Part shown: piece by piece, positions 18,966-28,121 of the stretch
Layout: each line of letters starts with the position of its first letter
Numbering within the stretch: position 1 is the stretch's first letter
Origin: a bacterium
Lineage (GTDB): Bacteria > Bdellovibrionota_C > UBA2361 > CALJRW01
Assembly (NCBI GenBank): GCA_031385045.1
Contig: JANNBC010000057.1
Coordinates: 1 to 45,504 of the forward strand
DNA: 45,504 nucleotides
Direction: 5' to 3'
Notes under the pieces: model-generated
Database searches by the model: none
Told to the model about the DNA's origin: nothing
The model's input: the letters and a program-made list of their open reading frames with translations, nothing else
Program-made: the position numbers and the translations under genes

Positions 18966-19129
18966 GGGGAAATAGGAGAAGATAAAAATTATAGCGAGAA
19001 TTTTTACAATAGATCAGTCTGAATAGCTACAAAAAACTGTAGTGGGCAAATCTACTATTCCTTCGATATTGACTTTTTTAACCCTAATGCTTGAGATTTC
19101 AACCAAAAAACATTATTATCCGCCGCCTT

Positions 19130-21118
19130 ATGACCCTAAGTAGTGAAGACCAAGCAATAATCAATCAAGAGGAAAAACTCCTAGAAAATACACTAAAATC
19201 TCTCTCGGAGGAACGTGCCCATCTGATTAATCGACAGAATCAACAATCTCACCTTGCTCGGGAGTTAACTTCAGAGATCGTTAATACAATTAAGGCTGAA
19301 GAAAAAGTACAAATCTACTCGGATGAGGCTGTTGCCCATGGATTAGTTCAAAAATCAATTGATTCTATTGTAATCCTAGAAAAACAGATTAAATCCCCCT
19401 ACTTTGCCCGCCTAGAACTAGAAGAAGAATTACCTAACGGTCAAATCAAAAAAATAGAATATAAAATTGGTAAAAATGCCAACCCCGACTGCCGAATTAT
19501 TGACTGGAGAAAAGCCCCGATTGCTAAACTATATTACGAATACAATGAAGGCGATCTTTACGACGAAGTTATACAAGGGCAAGAGCGACAAGGCGAAGTT
19601 AAATTAAAACACTCCTTTGAAATTGCTAGTAGTGAATTAAAAAAAATTATTACAGGAACAAAAAGTTTTCAAAAAAATAATCAAACTTGGCAGATATCCA
19701 AAGGATCTCAGGGGCCAAAAAGTTCCTACTCAAGATTACCAGACATCTTAGCACTAATTACAGCAGAGCAATTTAAAAGTATCACAAATGATCCGGAAAT
19801 CCCTGTAATGATTCAAGGAGTCGCGGGCTCCGGAAAAACTGCCGTTGCAATTCATCGTCTAAGTTGGTTGTTGCACGAAGGAAATTCGGAACTGGAAGCC
19901 AATCAAGTAATCTTCACTGTTAAGAGTCCAGCACTTTTACACTACATAAAAAATTCTTTGCTTGAATTTGAATTAGAATCTGTTACACTAGTTTCCCTTT
20001 CGGATTTCCTGAAACTAATTTTAAGAAAACTTGGCAGTCAGCAATACCAAAATCATGAAATTAGTTTTCCAGGAGATAACTTACCAACATCCTTCAAACG
20101 GCTTCTCTACTCTGTTGCAGTAGAGAAGCGGATCGCTGGGTTTTTAGATGCTAACCCAGATTTTCAAATTAACTCCACGGAAGAAGCACTAACTTTTGCT
20201 CAAAACCTACTCTCTGACTATACAAAAATCATTGAATTGGATCAGACTAGGTTAATTTCCAAAGAACTAATCTTGAGTGCAAAAGATCGCATTACTAAAT
20301 ATGCCGAAGATGCTTGCTTCGATCCCGAAGTTTTAGTTCTAGCATTAAATCTCTGGCAAAAAGTTGACCCTAAGAAATTCAAAGGAATATTTGGACACTT
20401 AATCATTGATGAAATTCAAGATTATTCTAAACCAGAATTACAGCTCCTATTAAATTGTTTAAAAGAGAAAAACCAAGTAACGCTCCTTGGAGACTTAAAC
20501 CAAAATCTAAATCTTGAGTTTGGTTTTCCTGGCTGGGAATTCTTAAAAAAAGAAATTGCTTCCTCTGGACATACTGGTACAAGTTTAATTCAATTAAAAA
20601 TTTCGCACCGTTCAACTCTACCAATTATAAAAGTTGCCCAAGAAATTTCGGGAGAGAACCATGCCCCTGATGGACGCCCTGGCAAACTTCCCATCTGGTT
20701 TAGTTGTCAGAACGAAGACTCTGCTCTTAGCGCTACTATTAAGTGGATTCAAACTGCTCAAGAAAAATACCCAACTAGTCTAACTGCAGTAATTTGTGCG
20801 ACACCGCAAGAAGCAAGAAGTTTATATGGAATGTTAGCCCCAAGCTTTTCAAGTTCCATACGATTACTGGAAAATGATTTTAACCTAGCAGCAGGTATTA
20901 TTGTTTCTGATGTGAGTCAAACTAAAGGACTTGAATTTTACAATGTACTTGTTTGGAATGTTTCTGAGGCGAATTATCCTAAAGCCAGTCACTACCAAAG
21001 ACTATTGTACGTTGCCTGTACACGAGCGGAAGAGAATTTGAGCTTTATTACTTGGAGTAAGGCGAGTGAGCTATTAAAAGGTCTACCACAAAGTTTGATT
21101 AGAAAGTTCAGCTATTAA
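19130..21118 (+). CDS. UvrD-like superfamily 1 ATPase, HelD-like
   Basis: SPYFAR, IIDWRKAPIAKLYY, Walker A QGVAGSGKT, IIDEIQD, LGDLNQ, KGLEF and LYVACTRA. Likely start is ATG 19130. Confidence 0.85.
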   Translation: MTLSSEDQAIINQEEKLLENTLKSLSEERAHLINRQNQQSHLARELTSEIVNTIKAEEKVQIYSDEAVAHGLVQKSIDSIVILEKQIKSPYFARLELEEELPNGQIKKIEYKIGKNANPDCRIIDWRKAPIAKLYYEYNEGDLYDEVIQGQERQGEVKLKHSFEIASSELKKIITGTKSFQKNNQTWQISKGSQGPKSSYSRLPDILALITAEQFKSITNDPEIPVMIQGVAGSGKTAVAIHRLSWLLHEGNSELEANQVIFTVKSPALLHYIKNSLLEFELESVTLVSLSDFLKLILRKLGSQQYQNHEISFPGDNLPTSFKRLLYSVAVEKRIAGFLDANPDFQINSTEEALTFAQNLLSDYTKIIELDQTRLISKELILSAKDRITKYAEDACFDPEVLVLALNLWQKVDPKKFKGIFGHLIIDEIQDYSKPELQLLLNCLKEKNQVTLLGDLNQNLNLEFGFPGWEFLKKEIASSGHTGTSLIQLKISHRSTLPIIKVAQEISGENHAPDGRPGKLPIWFSCQNEDSALSATIKWIQTAQEKYPTSLTAVICATPQEARSLYGMLAPSFSSSIRLLENDFNLAAGIIVSDVSQTKGLEFYNVLVWNVSEANYPKASHYQRLLYVACTRAEENLSFITWSKASELLKGLPQSLIRKFSY

Positions 21119-21169
21119 ATAATAAGCTTAATATTTGATTAGAGCTCAATTCAACTATAAATTGAGTCA

Positions 21170-21937
21170 ATGTTATCTCTAAATTCAAATCCTTCTCGAT
21201 CTGCCCAAGAACAGAGATCTGAAATCTTATCTGATAAAGCCCTTCCTAACTATACTCCAAACTGTGATGAATCTAAATTTCCGACAAGCTCGACCCATTT
21301 CGGCATGTATAAAGCTATCTTTCGATTATTAGAACTAGCTTATCAAAATCCACTAAAACTAAATAATAATTTACCAAGTCTTCCAAATTTGAGCACGATG
21401 ATTTCAGGCACAGGTGTTTATATTGGTCCAGAAAATAAAAATCTGACCGAAGGATTTGGCCCTCATCCCCTATCGGCAGTAATCGAGTTAAGAGATAAAT
21501 TATTAACTCATACCCAAAGACTTTTCCCCGATGCTCAAAGCCTTAAAATACTTGGACCAGAGTATGAGTCTGGATATTCACGACAAGCTGGAACGTTGAA
21601 TACAAACTTAGGGGTCTATTGGGGACTTGATTCTAGCTGGCCTCAAGAATTAATTGATCAAAAGATCTCTTGGGGAATCTGTTTGAATCTATGGGATGAG
21701 TCTTACTACTTGTCACCTCTTTCTGATGCTAAACAAACAAGTAAAAGTTACGATCTTGTGGCAAGAAATCTATTTAATAATATGGCCGAGCAGGCAACAT
21801 TAATTGTCACGACACTAATGTCGGGAACAGTACAGTTTGATTTATTTGCCCAAAGCTTTGAAAAAGCAGGTTGGAAGATTGTAGCTATTAACGAACAAGG
21901 TCAAGATCCTATGCTATTAGTTAAAGGTCTCAATTAA
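21170..21937 (+). CDS. Hypothetical protein
   Basis: 255-aa ORF with no recognised motif. Confidence 0.65.
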   Translation: MLSLNSNPSRSAQEQRSEILSDKALPNYTPNCDESKFPTSSTHFGMYKAIFRLLELAYQNPLKLNNNLPSLPNLSTMISGTGVYIGPENKNLTEGFGPHPLSAVIELRDKLLTHTQRLFPDAQSLKILGPEYESGYSRQAGTLNTNLGVYWGLDSSWPQELIDQKISWGICLNLWDESYYLSPLSDAKQTSKSYDLVARNLFNNMAEQATLIVTTLMSGTVQFDLFAQSFEKAGWKIVAINEQGQDPMLLVKGLN

Positions 21938-21942
21938 TAGTG

Positions 21943-22491
21943 TTACTTGTGTTTTTCAATCAACTCCCATGGAAAATTCCAAGGATCAGTTTTGTTCTCA
22001 TTCTGACTAGCCCTGAGATATTCTTCAGCCGTTAATGTTTGTAAATCTTTTATGGCAGAGCCACTTCTTTTAACAGCGACATCTTGATGTCCTAAGATAC
22101 TTTTGATTGGAAACTGATCTCTTAATAATTTAATTAAAGAATTTAAAGCTGCTAGTTGCTTAGCTGGATAATCACCCTCGGCAGGACTAATTAACTCAAT
22201 CCCAATGCTAAAATCATTCACATTCTCTCGACCATCGGGCATTTGTGATTTGCCAGCATGCCAAGCCCGATCAACTGGATTTACCAATTGATAAACCTGT
22301 CCTGCTTGTGAAATAATAAAATGTACAGATACTTGGCAATGATCTAACCAATTTATACAAACTTCGGGGTTAAGTGCATCTTGACCTTCCTTCGGAAAAG
22401 GACAATACATGGAGTGTAAGATGATCGTATCAATAGATACTGACTCTGGACGACTGTTAAAATGATTCAAGGCGAAAGCGTTATTTATCAT
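21943..22491 (-). CDS. ampD: N-acetylmuramoyl-L-alanine amidase (Amidase_2, AmpD-like)
   Basis: IILHS, SVHFII, AWHAG, NDFSIGIEL, GHQDVA and KTDP Zn/catalytic motifs; no signal peptide. Confidence 0.85.
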   Translation of the reverse strand: MINNAFALNHFNSRPESVSIDTIILHSMYCPFPKEGQDALNPEVCINWLDHCQVSVHFIISQAGQVYQLVNPVDRAWHAGKSQMPDGRENVNDFSIGIELISPAEGDYPAKQLAALNSLIKLLRDQFPIKSILGHQDVAVKRSGSAIKDLQTLTAEEYLRASQNENKTDPWNFPWELIEKHK

Positions 22492-22505
22492 TGAGTTTAC
22501 TATAT

Positions 22506-23612
22506 ATGAAAATTGATCAGCTTGGCAAAAAGTTTATTGTAGAAGTAGCTGGGTCAAGCATTACCGCCGAAGAAAAATCCATAATTGAAGAACTCCGCCC
22601 CGCAGGCTTTATGTTTCGAAAAAGAAACTTCATACAGGGGGAAAGCTATCAAGTCTGGCTACAAACTTATCAAGAATTAGTACAAGATCTACGAAATACA
22701 CTCCCCGATCAAAACTTAATCCTAGCAATCGATCACGAAGGTGGCTTAATTATTCGCCCCCCACTTCCAATCACACGTTTCCCTTATCCCTTTTATTGGA
22801 AAGAGCAAACTGTTGCTGTCAGCCAAGCAATTGCCCTAGAACTTAAATCTTTAGCAATTAATTTAAACTTTGCACCTGTCGCTGATATTCATTCTAATCC
22901 TATCAACCCAGTAATTAATGACCGAGCTTTTGCTTGTGTCTCCCCTGAAGTTATTGCCAAAATGATTCCATTTATTGATACCATGCACGCTGGCGGAATC
23001 GCCTGCAGTGCTAAACACTACCCAGGGCATGGTAATGCCAGCTCTGATTCCCACTTAGATCTTCCTTCCTTAGCAAGTACAATTGAAGAACTGGAAGCCT
23101 GCGAATTACAACCATTTCAAGCCGCAATTAATCATGGCATTCAAGCCATTATGCCAGGCCACCTCAATTTTCCTAAAATTGATTCAGAAAACTTTGTAAC
23201 TTTCTCTAAATATTTTTTAACAGACTTACTGCGAACAAAAATGGGTTTTACTGGAATTACAATTGCTGATGCTTTTAGCATGATACCAGCCATGGAAGAG
23301 TTGTTTAAACCCGAAATGGTCGCTAGAGCTTGTAATGCTGGACTAGATATTTTCTCAATTGTTGGCCCCGGGCTAGAGGTGAAAGATGCCCTAACTGTTC
23401 GCGACTTCATTTGGGATGGTCTTCAAGAAAAATTAATTACTGAGGAATGTTTAACAACTTCAATCACAAGAATTACTAATTTTATCAGTAATTTATCAAG
23501 CTTTGAAGTTACTGCTCTAGACCCAGAGATTCTTAGCAAACATGAATTACTAGCCAAAACCCTAAGACCCAACAATGAAGACCGGATGAAAAACATCATT
23601 GTGAGTAAGTAA
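22506..23612 (+). CDS. nagZ: GH3 beta-N-acetylhexosaminidase
   Basis: IDHEGG, NFAPVAD, KHYPGHG-x4-DSH NagZ signature and IADA nucleophile region. Likely start is ATG 22506. Confidence 0.9.
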   Translation: MKIDQLGKKFIVEVAGSSITAEEKSIIEELRPAGFMFRKRNFIQGESYQVWLQTYQELVQDLRNTLPDQNLILAIDHEGGLIIRPPLPITRFPYPFYWKEQTVAVSQAIALELKSLAINLNFAPVADIHSNPINPVINDRAFACVSPEVIAKMIPFIDTMHAGGIACSAKHYPGHGNASSDSHLDLPSLASTIEELEACELQPFQAAINHGIQAIMPGHLNFPKIDSENFVTFSKYFLTDLLRTKMGFTGITIADAFSMIPAMEELFKPEMVARACNAGLDIFSIVGPGLEVKDALTVRDFIWDGLQEKLITEECLTTSITRITNFISNLSSFEVTALDPEILSKHELLAKTLRPNNEDRMKNIIVSK

Positions 23613-23770
23613 AATTTTCGGTAAATTGCTGAAATAGTATATATAAGAACTTTGGAGTTTCTTAATTACCCAAGGGGCAATCCCATACTCCGCATATAAG
23701 ATACTATATGCCTTAAAATTTTTGATAATTTTCAATTTTCGCTAAGTATAACTAGCTAAATATTAAAGAC

Positions 23771-24847
23771 TTGCCTGTGTCGCAACCAACAATCAACACA
23801 CCAAAAAAAATATTAATCTTCTGCCTGCCAGCACTGGGCGACGTACTGCTAATTACCCCTGTCATTCGTTCCTTAAAAAATGCTTATCCCGAAAGCAAAA
23901 TTGATTTAATGATTAAGCGAGGAACGGAAGGAATCTTAGAAGGCAATCCTGATATCAATCAAATCTTTACCTGTCATCAATATAAGCCAATTAAAGATTA
24001 CTTCATGATGTTTAAAGCTACAGCTTTTGCTTACGATCTAGCACTTTCTACTTCTGCCTCCGACCGAGCATTTTGGTGCACAATGCTTGCTGCTAAAAAA
24101 CGCCTAATTATTTCTAAACCTTTCCGCATACTCGATACTTGGAAATATTTAGGAACTCATCAAAAAGTTCCTGATGACCATCAGATTCATATTGTGGAAA
24201 GAAACCTAAGGCTAATCGACCGCCTAAATATTCCTCGATGTTATGATTTAATTCCTCCAAGCACTGCTAATGCAACTCCCAAAATTGATTCCAAATATGC
24301 TATCGTCCATGCCTACCCTCGAGTTCCCTTTAAACTTTGGAACATTGAATACTGGCAAGAAATAATTAAATATTTGCAAAGCTTAAATCTGCAGGTTGTC
24401 TTAACTGGAGGGCCTGACAAAGAAGAGCTGGCCTATCTAAAACAATTAGCAAATGAACAAACTAAAATTATGGCGGGGAAAGTCTCCTTAGCTGAATCCT
24501 CTGAGTTAATAAAAAATGCTGAATTATTAGTTGGTATTGATACTGGAACTACTCATTTAGCAGCGGCAACGGGCGTTCCCTTAATTGCTCTTTTTGGTCC
24601 TACAAGTCCAATTCGCTGGAGCCCTTGGCCAAAAGACTATCAAGAAAAGGTAGCACCATTCTCGGAAGAAGTTGGAATTCAAATGAAAAAAAATATCACA
24701 GTCATTAAAGCTCCCTGTAATTGCCACCTAAAGGGAGAACCTTTTCATGAAAAAGAGAAACAACAAAGTGCTTGCATGCGCGAAATTAAAACAGAGCAAG
24801 TAAAACAGGCAATTGATTTGGTCTTAGAGAAGAGGCTTAAGGCCTAG
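23771..24847 (+). CDS. Glycosyltransferase family 9 (LPS heptosyltransferase-like)
   Basis: LGDVLLITPVI..LK..YP and GIDTGTTHLAAATGVPLIALFGPT..RWSP. Confidence 0.92.
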   Translation: MPVSQPTINTPKKILIFCLPALGDVLLITPVIRSLKNAYPESKIDLMIKRGTEGILEGNPDINQIFTCHQYKPIKDYFMMFKATAFAYDLALSTSASDRAFWCTMLAAKKRLIISKPFRILDTWKYLGTHQKVPDDHQIHIVERNLRLIDRLNIPRCYDLIPPSTANATPKIDSKYAIVHAYPRVPFKLWNIEYWQEIIKYLQSLNLQVVLTGGPDKEELAYLKQLANEQTKIMAGKVSLAESSELIKNAELLVGIDTGTTHLAAATGVPLIALFGPTSPIRWSPWPKDYQEKVAPFSEEVGIQMKKNITVIKAPCNCHLKGEPFHEKEKQQSACMREIKTEQVKQAIDLVLEKRLKA

Positions 24848-25027
24848 CCCAAGGCTCTCCTCTTTACATACTACCTTTCGCTAGATCTCCTTCTAAATCT
24901 GTTCTATGATAATTCCGTTCTATAATAATTTTTTGAATTATCATGGCACACGAGGATATCCATATTCGTTAATTTGAATTTAATAATCTCCTAGTAAACT
25001 CACCAAAGCTTTAAAAAATTTTCAGTT

Positions 25028-26959
25028 ATGCAAAATTCCAGATGTTCAAGACTAAAGCCTGTTTTCACTTTTAGCCTTCTCTACATAGCAATTTCTTTTT
25101 TATTACGTATTATCCTATGGATAGTCTATGGATTAGATGAAGGCGTCACAGCACTTCAATTGCCCAGCATCTTATCATTAGGTATTGTTAACGACTTCCT
25201 AGAGTTAATTTACCTATCTGCTCCATTAACTTTCTATTTAATTATTTTACCGGATCGTATCTATAACAGTAAGTTTCATCAGAAAATTATTTTAATTTTT
25301 TCTTTTTTACTGCTTTTTGGATTAATTTACTTGCAAGCAGTGGAGTTTTTCTTTTTTGATGAATTCAATGCCCGTTTTAACTTAGTTGCCGTTGATTACT
25401 TGATGTACCCAACTGAGGTACTAATTAACTTATGGGAATCATATCCAATCATGTGGTTCTTGTTTGGAAATTTTGCCCTAACATTAGTAGGGTTTTATTT
25501 CCTTAAGCCTAAGTTAGAGGTTTCATCCCAACTAAATGAATTTCCCATTTCTGGAAAAGTCTTTTTGATGATCCAAACGATACTAATTGTTCTGCTAGCT
25601 AGTTTTTTCTCAACGGATACGCTCACAACATCTAGTAACCGTGTTGCCAATGAAATTTCGGCCAATGGAATTAGCAGTCTCTTCTTAGCCCTTAGGACTG
25701 AGGAATTAGACTATCATCTTTATTACCGTACATTAGCCAATGACAAACAATATAAATTGGTTAGAAAAGAACTTCATAAATATGGTGGTGGTAAGTTTCT
25801 CAGCAAAGATAAAAAAGAATTAAACCGTTCTTTTTCAGCTAGTAAGAATGGCTTTGGTAAATTAAACGTTGTAATTTTATCTGAAGAATCTTTTGGTGCT
25901 GGATTTGTTGGTGCTTATGGTGATACTAGAAATTTAACGCCAAACTTTGATCGCTTATCAAAGACTGGAATGATGTTTAAAAATGCCTATGCAACTGGGA
26001 CAAGAACTGTTCGTGGCTTAGAAGCAATCATCACTTCCTTCCCACCGATACCGAGTGAGTCGATCCTTAAAAGACCAGGCAATGAAAATGTTGCCAACTG
26101 GGGTGAAGTTATGAAATCTCATGGATACCATAGTAGTTTTTTATATGGAGGATATGGGCTTTTTGATAATATGAATTATTTCTTTGGAAATAATGGATTT
26201 GAGTTAAGTGATCGAACTGATGTTAAAGAGCAGACATTTACTAATATTTGGGGAGTCTGTGATGAAGATCTCTTTAATCACGCTATTAAGTACTATGATA
26301 AAATTGCAACTACAGGGAAGCCATTTTTCTCTTTAATCATGTCTACTTCCAATCATAAACCTTATACATTTCCTGAAGGCATCCCTGGTGTCCCAACTTC
26401 GGGTGGTGGTCGTGAGGCTGGAGTTCGTTATGCAGATTATGCGATTGGTAAATTCTTTGAGGAGGCACCAAAACATGATTGGTATAAAAATACTCTCTTT
26501 GTTGTGATTGCCGATCATGATGCTCGAGTCTATGGACGCTCTCAGGTTCCGATCGAGAGATATCGTATTCCTTTAGTGTTAATTGCTCCAGATAGAATTA
26601 AACCTCAGGTCATTGATAATATTATTAGCCAAATCGATCTGGCACCAACAGTTTTAAAACTATTGGGCTTAGATTTTACAGCACCCTTTTATGGACGTGA
26701 TGTGCTGGATCCTAATTTACCATCGTCGCACCCAATCATGATGAGTCACAATCATAACGTTGCACTCTTAGATGGTGATAAACTAGCTGTGCTGGGCTTA
26801 AAGCAAAGCGCTACTCTATTTAGTTATAACTCTGTCACTTATGAGCAAGAGCAGTTACCTCCTAATCAAAAAATATTTGATCGCGCTGCAGCCTATTACC
26901 AATCTGCTTTTGAATTATTTAAAGAGCATCGGTATGTACTGCCAGAACAGAAAAAATAA
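25028..26959 (+). CDS. LTA-synthase-family membrane sulfatase/phosphoglycerol-transferase-like protein
   Basis: Five N-terminal TM segments, NVVILSEES, LTPNFD, GTRTVRG (catalytic Thr), SNHKPY and IADHD. Confidence 0.92.
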   Translation: MQNSRCSRLKPVFTFSLLYIAISFLLRIILWIVYGLDEGVTALQLPSILSLGIVNDFLELIYLSAPLTFYLIILPDRIYNSKFHQKIILIFSFLLLFGLIYLQAVEFFFFDEFNARFNLVAVDYLMYPTEVLINLWESYPIMWFLFGNFALTLVGFYFLKPKLEVSSQLNEFPISGKVFLMIQTILIVLLASFFSTDTLTTSSNRVANEISANGISSLFLALRTEELDYHLYYRTLANDKQYKLVRKELHKYGGGKFLSKDKKELNRSFSASKNGFGKLNVVILSEESFGAGFVGAYGDTRNLTPNFDRLSKTGMMFKNAYATGTRTVRGLEAIITSFPPIPSESILKRPGNENVANWGEVMKSHGYHSSFLYGGYGLFDNMNYFFGNNGFELSDRTDVKEQTFTNIWGVCDEDLFNHAIKYYDKIATTGKPFFSLIMSTSNHKPYTFPEGIPGVPTSGGGREAGVRYADYAIGKFFEEAPKHDWYKNTLFVVIADHDARVYGRSQVPIERYRIPLVLIAPDRIKPQVIDNIISQIDLAPTVLKLLGLDFTAPFYGRDVLDPNLPSSHPIMMSHNHNVALLDGDKLAVLGLKQSATLFSYNSVTYEQEQLPPNQKIFDRAAAYYQSAFELFKEHRYVLPEQKK

Positions 26960-27022
26960 AATAAGGATAGTCCTTGGACGGTGCTAGATGATTGTGACTA
27001 TTAAGTTACTAATAAAAGATCA

Positions 27023-27076
27023 GATATACTAAGCGACATTGAAAATTACCAAAAATACAAAGGGGCTTAGTATATC
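27023..27076. repeat. Short TATACT-bounded inverted repeat unit
   Basis: GATATACTAAGC (27023-27034)/GCTTAGTATATC (27065-27076), perfect 12 bp, abutting repeat copy 3. Confidence 0.65.
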
Positions 27077-27242
27077 AAGTGCGAAGCACTTGAAGCGACC
27101 CTTGGGGGTCGCTAAGGTACACAGCCTTATTTTATAAGGTTGAGTACTGGGAAAGACAAATATACTAAAAGCCGAAACACTGAAAAATCTATTAGATTTT
27201 TTCCAAGCTGTTAGGAAAAACCCAATGGGTTTTAGTATATTT
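27067..27242 (+). repeat. Structured dispersed repeat, copy 3
   Basis: TCAAGTGC/GCACTTGA hairpin (27075-27093), AGCGACCC/GGGTCGCT (27094-27113), CCTTAT/ATAAGG, then AAATATACTAAAA (27158-27170)/TTTTAGTATATTT (27230-27242) enclosing AAAAATCTA/TAGATTTTT. Colinear with 10557-10714. Confidence 0.85.
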
Positions 27243-27255
27243 TTAGTAAGTATAA

Positions 27256-27930
27256 TTAAATTCTAAAAATATTTGCAATCTCCTCCACAGAGCTTGCTTT
27301 GTAGTCATAGCCAACCTGTTCAATTTCGTTTAACTGACTATCTCCATAGCCATAAGTTACGTAACAACTATTAACCAAAGCATTTTTTGCCGCTTGAACA
27401 TCTTTGATTGTATCGCCAATCATTATGGTTTGATTCTTGGCAAAACCAAATTGCTCCACAATTGCATTAACAGGTTTTCCAGAAGGCTTCGGCTCAACAA
27501 ATGCTTCATGAAAAAATACCCCTTGAAAATACTTGGCAATATCCAAAGCCTTTAGTGTTGGCTCTCCAAATATCTTACTTTTGTTTGTTAACAGCGTTAA
27601 ACAACAAATCTGACTGAGTTCCTTTAGTAACTCCGCCATTCCCGGATACATTTGCGTATTTGTAGGAATTAAGTCTAAAAATATCTCCCGAAATTTTTTG
27701 TTAAATTCAGTTGCTTGGATCTGATACTGGATTGATATCTCCTCAACTAAATCACGAATTCCTAGAAATGAAGCTAAAGTAATTTTATCTTCAGCAATTT
27801 CTAATTGAAAATTAGCCAAAGTCGCCCGTAAAGCAGTATTAATACTAGGTTGAGAATTAATAATAGTTCCATCAAGGTCTAGAATGACTAGAGGGTATAG
27901 CGGTTTTAGCTCTAAACTATTATATTCCAT
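27256..27930 (-). CDS. HAD-superfamily phosphatase (phosphoglycolate phosphatase/MupP-like)
   Basis: DLDGT motif I, LTNK, PKP and MIGDTIKDV motif IV; divergent from anmK. Confidence 0.88.
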   Translation of the reverse strand: MEYNSLELKPLYPLVILDLDGTIINSQPSINTALRATLANFQLEIAEDKITLASFLGIRDLVEEISIQYQIQATEFNKKFREIFLDLIPTNTQMYPGMAELLKELSQICCLTLLTNKSKIFGEPTLKALDIAKYFQGVFFHEAFVEPKPSGKPVNAIVEQFGFAKNQTIMIGDTIKDVQAAKNALVNSCYVTYGYGDSQLNEIEQVGYDYKASSVEEIANIFRI

Positions 27931-27947
27931 ATGTATTCCTGATGTTT

Positions 27948-28017
27948 ATATAGTTATGACAAAAAATAATTTCCGAGTCTTTAAAAGTTAGTTTTGTGAT
28001 TTTTGTCATAACTATAT
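27948..28017. mobile_element. 70-bp MITE-like element with 18-bp terminal inverted repeats
   Basis: ATATAGTTATGACAAAAA (27948-27965)/TTTTTGTCATAACTATAT (28000-28017), perfect. Mobility is inferred, not shown. Confidence 0.5.
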
Positions 28018-28121
28018 GTTTTTATCATGCCTCCGGGGGACAGTAAGACCGATTGGGCTTTCCCTAGTAGCAACGCGACCCTAATGCTTTAACTAAAGCA
28101 AACTTAATTAATTGAAAATAA

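Noticed and set aside
28025..28090. GC-richer patch upstream of anmK as a riboswitch
   Set aside because: I could not match it to any riboswitch consensus or find a convincing stem set.
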